Assembly (NCBI GenBank): GCA_004764695.1 | Contig: SMSO01000037.1 | Coordinates: 1,774,747-1,838,746, forward strand | Source: Schizochytrium sp. TIO01 | Lineage: Eukaryota; Protista; Bigyra: Labyrinthulomycetes | Direction of reading: 5' to 3' | Length of the DNA stretch: 64,000 nucleotides | Part shown: piece by piece, positions 59,561 to 64,000 of the stretch | Numbering within the stretch: position 1 is the first letter of the stretch | Layout: each line of letters starts with the position of its first letter | Position numbers and translations under genes: made by a program | The notes under the pieces: model-generated | Seen by the model: the letters and a program-made list of their open reading frames with translations, nothing else | What the model was told of the DNA's origin: nothing | The model's database searches: none

Positions 59561-62500
59561 ATCACTGAGCTAACTTGGATGCTTTGCTTTTGCCGATGGT
59601 GCCGATGCTCCTGAGTGGAAAACGGCTGCAGCTTCCAGCTGCCTGGGCACGGCAAGAGTATGCTCTTCTTCGCTGCGCTCTGCTCTGCTCCGCGTTCTCT
59701 TCTGCTTACCTAATTTGCAACGAAATAAGCGGTGCACGCGGGACTGACTAACTAGCTCAAACTTGAGGAATGGGCAATGGAAAGTGGAGATTCTGCACAG
59801 CGCGTGCACAGGTGATCTTGATCTTGTGACAACAACTCTTCAGAAAGCAAACAACACGCAAAGCAAGCGAGCTACCAGCAAACAGTCTGGCTGAATAACC
59901 GCGTGGGCCTCAGCTGGGAGAACGAGGCGTGCGTGAGAACCGCTCTGGGATGGCAGGCTGTATGGCGGGATCACCGAACCGTACAAAGACCAGGAAGGAA
60001 GGTCTCCTGGGCGCGCGCCGGTCGCTACTTCAATTCGTGCTCGCTCGGGCACGAACTCACTCGCTCACTCGCTCGCTTCCTCACTCAGATCCTGGTGCAA
60101 CTGCAGCTAAAGAGGGTGCAAGACTAGACTACTAGGGGCGAAGTTGTGAGGACATTCGACAGCCTGGAGAGCCTTGTCCTCTCTCTGCCGGGGCACGAAT
60201 GAGCAATTGATCGATTATCGATTGTCGATGGTTGATTGAGGTTCTTGATTACTTATATGATGCAGTTATTTATTTGTAATTATTTTATCATTTTATGTTT
60301 CTTTTATTTTAAAGCAAAAAAAGAAAGGAGCCTACTTACCATGAATAATTAGAAGGGGGATGTGCACGTGAAGCAGGTAATTCATTGTATAGCACTGAAG
60401 GCAATATGAATGCAGGAGGAAGAGTGGGTAAAGTGTCTATCTCGTGAAGCTGACTCCCCTACCCCACTCTCGACTTAGAATCTGCTACGTGCCTTATGTT
60501 GATACATTTTCATAGATCTAGCAGAAGTTTCGTAATTTCAATTTTTATTATTTTTTTCAAAATATAACATGTTTATTTTAATTTTAAATTTCTAAGAATT
60601 AAAGTGTCTTTTCGAGTTCTTTTCCCCCGTAGCTTAGCGATGATTTACGATAGTACTGGTGCTTCAAGAGCTCGAAGTTTCCAGTTTCTTGAGCCTGGCA
60701 CTGCAAGAGAGTCGCGATATTGCTACGGCCGCCAAATTAATAAGATATAAGCATGGCCTTTCTGTTCTTTAAATATATTTATCTCCAATTATCCTGCGGT
60801 TGGGTGGAGAATTCAGGTTTGATTCTTCTACCTACCTAGAAGCCTACTTTCCAGTTCAATATTTTCGATATTTTGTAAATGAAGATATGTCTATCTTTCG
60901 TTTCCTTTATGCGGTTTGTAATTCGCCTGGTGAACAGAGACACGGTGAAAACCTTGGATGCCGAATTTAGAATGATGCCGATCTCTTGAAGGGCAGGATT
61001 AAATATAGGCAACATTTGACTCTTAGGTGAGAAGGAGGAAGCGAGTACATGGCACAACCGACCTTCTAAATCTCATCACGTTACCTACTGGTCGCATGAA
61101 GTTGAAAGAGGAGGTATGGGTAAACTATTCTATGTATTTCAACCACATCAATCAACTAGGTTTGACTGAAGAAATACACACGAGTCAATCAACTCAAGGA
61201 GTCATCAACTGTAAATTGCCAGGACCTAAGAGAGAGCAGCTACGAATTATAGTACCCAGCATCCCCAGTACCCGATCAGGTGATGAGCTTGAAATGCATA
61301 ATAACATTTACGACGATGAAAACAACTCGTTCAAAGACGATGATAGCATCATATTTTAAAAATTTGCTGTTAAGGTTTGAGTTCCAGGATAAGAAGCACA
61401 TATTCTGCGCAGATGTACAGTATACACCCATAAGCTATAATTGACAAAAAGGTGTCCACAGTTCCTGGGGGGCTGAGGAGGAAGTTTCATGTCTAGCTGC
61501 GCGCGTGTTCTGCGTGCAAGATTATTTTAGTACAGACAACATACGAAGGTGTTTAGGTAGGTTGACGTGGACTTGGCCAAGAAGCTCAAATGATTGCTAA
61601 TAATGCTGAGAGCTAATGCCTTTTATTTATTTATTGGATTTCCAGGAGCCAGGAGCCTGGTTAGTCTCAGTTTAGCCCGAAAAAACCTCGCTGGGAGCCT
61701 GAGCCTTGAATATTTGGTACACACCTGATTTACTTTTTCTTCTCCTTGTCATCGATTTGGAATACTTCATAGGTAAGAACACAAGTACCATTTAGTAGTG
61801 AGCTCTAGCTAGAATAATTGATGGTGAATTTAATTAGATAGCACTTTTAAAAGATTACTCAGCTTGGAGATCGTAAGTTGGGATAAAAATTTGTAAGACT
61901 ACATTTGATAGCTCAAAGTACATGAGGAGGATGAATGATATCAAGGATCTCGTAGGAGGCAGCAGCGCTGATGAGAGCCAGTCAGATGGCATTTTGAAGT
62001 AGCTCCAATAAGTATCTAATAAAAGTAAGGACTCAGATGTCGTGATAATAATGTTATTATATTAAAAAGATTTGATGTATTTCCGAGTCAAGTTCAATTT
62101 ATTTTTTCTTGGAATTTATTTTAATTTTTTAAATATTAAATTTTATTGGCATCAAAATTGGAGGAATTCTTAAAAGGTGTGCGAGGATCTCGGCGTTGGG
62201 GCTACTATTGGCACATGGTTGTGAACATCGTCATGATAGTATTACCCTCTTGATACTTGCTACGGAATTCACTCTCTGAGGTGCTTAAAATCTTAGCACC
62301 ATTGTACAAGTTCAATATAGTTGTGAGGCTATCGCCCAGCTCATACCAAGTCGATTCTTAAATCAGTTTATCGGATTGAAACCGTGCCTGCCAAACTATG
62401 AAAGGGTTATATATTACTACTCTCCTTGTTCGGACGAATTACAAAGAGTCGGAGCCAAATTTATACAATCAGCACCTGAATCCACTCAGAAGCTTTCCCC

Positions 62501-64000
62501 AGGAACTATGAAGATAGAGTCCAATTTGCTAAGGCCTATATGAAAAGGTGGTTTCTATTCCTCAAGGTACGGTGGTCCAGTCCAAGAGAACTAATTTATT
62601 GTGCAACACAATTTGTCGAAGTTTCTTTTACTAATCGAAATGAATAACTTAACTGTGAACCCTGTCTTAATTTGTCGAGATTGTCCTTGCTGCCAATGGG
62701 GGCTACCAGCGCCATTGTAACAAATTTCCAAATTAAGATACCTTGGTTGAGTGCGCATGATGATTTCCTGTTAGACCTCATACTTACGTAGGATATCAAT
62801 AAGAGAGCATCAGTTCACGTCTTACCAAGACGTTCTGCATTGTTTCATAGTTAGGACTATATATACACTTGAGGTCGAGAAAATTGTGAATCTCATTTTT
62901 TTCTGTCCATAAAAGGTTTCATGGTAGATGGCACCCCTTACACCTAAGATCACCCATGTATGCAGAATAGATACTGTAGACCAAATTTCAATGGGATAAA
63001 CGTAACTCCACATAAGTGCGTCTTCGTTTTATATATCGTAATCATGATCAGACCTAAGAACGATATGACTACAATTAGCCATGGAGCAAATAATTGGCGT
63101 TGGCTACTCTTTATAAAATCCTGAATATACGTTGTTTGTGCCATGGTTAACAAAACAACTAGAGCCTTACAACAACTGGCACTTTAGGGTGCGAAGGTAA
63201 GATCTCCGTCCAACCGTTCCTGAGTATTACTTCAACAGGCTTGAGGACAATTCCTCGAACCACTCCAATGTTGACGAGGATGGTTTTGCTGTCTAACAGA
63301 ATGTAACCATATGGCTTCCATCATACAGAAGTTCATTTTGACTCAGTTTCGCAAGACATAAATATATTACTCTGAGAAACCGACTTGTGAGATAGAAACA
63401 TAAATATATAGCGGTCCTCCTTTTAATATCTACTTTGATGTATCAGCTATTCACTTTGTATTGCGATGTTTGAGGAATCACTGAAGACTCCTATGCAAGG
63501 AATCCACGAAAAATTCCCTTCAAAGGCAGTATTTGGCACCATCGACGCAATTGCGGTGTTGGAGTGATATTTAAAAATGGTGGAATAGTTGCTGCACACC
63601 CAGAAGTCTTTAAAAAAACATTGCGAATGTCATTCTTGCATGCATCGATCGAGGTCTAGTAAACTAAATAACATTATAATTCGCAATTCTTTCAACTAGC
63701 TTTTGATATATATTCCCTTTCTGTTGTAATTACGTCAAGAAGAAAGCTTGACTTTCTCAAACTTTATAAATAAGAAGTAAAATCAAAGACTTTTCGGTGA
63801 CCTCAAGAGGACGATGTGGGTTCCTACTCGCTTGGTTACTTACAGCCGTGAAGTATTGGTCTTGACCATCAATCACGGTTGCTGAACAAAAGGTTGTGAG
63901 TTTTAAGAGCCACCTTTTTCTTATATTTCCTTGCAACTCACTTGTTTATTTCATTTTGACGGATAGACCAGACAGTAGGTAGATAGATGCCTAACACTTG

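Noticed and set aside
61100-61130. GGMGK in an alternative frame resembling an NB-ARC P-loop
   Set aside because: Lacks the leading Gly and the T/S after Lys, and the frame is short.

Overview
Eukaryotic, intron-poor genomic DNA. Compact single-ORF genes are separated by long microsatellite-rich spacers; this style suggests a thraustochytrid-like stramenopile, which is an inference. Recognisable genes: an AP2-domain transcription factor, MIC60/mitofilin, GTP cyclohydrolase I, FANCL, pyruvate dehydrogenase E1-alpha, NOP56 and a PP2C/PPM phosphatase with a KOW-like insertion. The most striking element is a tail-to-tail pair of paralogues (30339-32177 +, 33112-35115 -). Each joins a signal peptide or anchor, a thioredoxin-like fold, an HxD...H 2-oxoglutarate/Fe(II) dioxygenase and a C-terminal pVHL beta-domain-like module, so a possible hydroxyproline writer and reader sit in one secretory-pathway protein. 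Also present: a frameshift-split tandem-C1 plus spartin/Senescence-like gene, a protein with a bacterial-type SH3b domain, a PD-(D/E)XK nuclease fragment and a decayed protein-kinase pseudogene. No rRNA, credible tRNA, CRISPR array or intact transposon was seen. All domain calls are by-eye motif recognition, not database searches.
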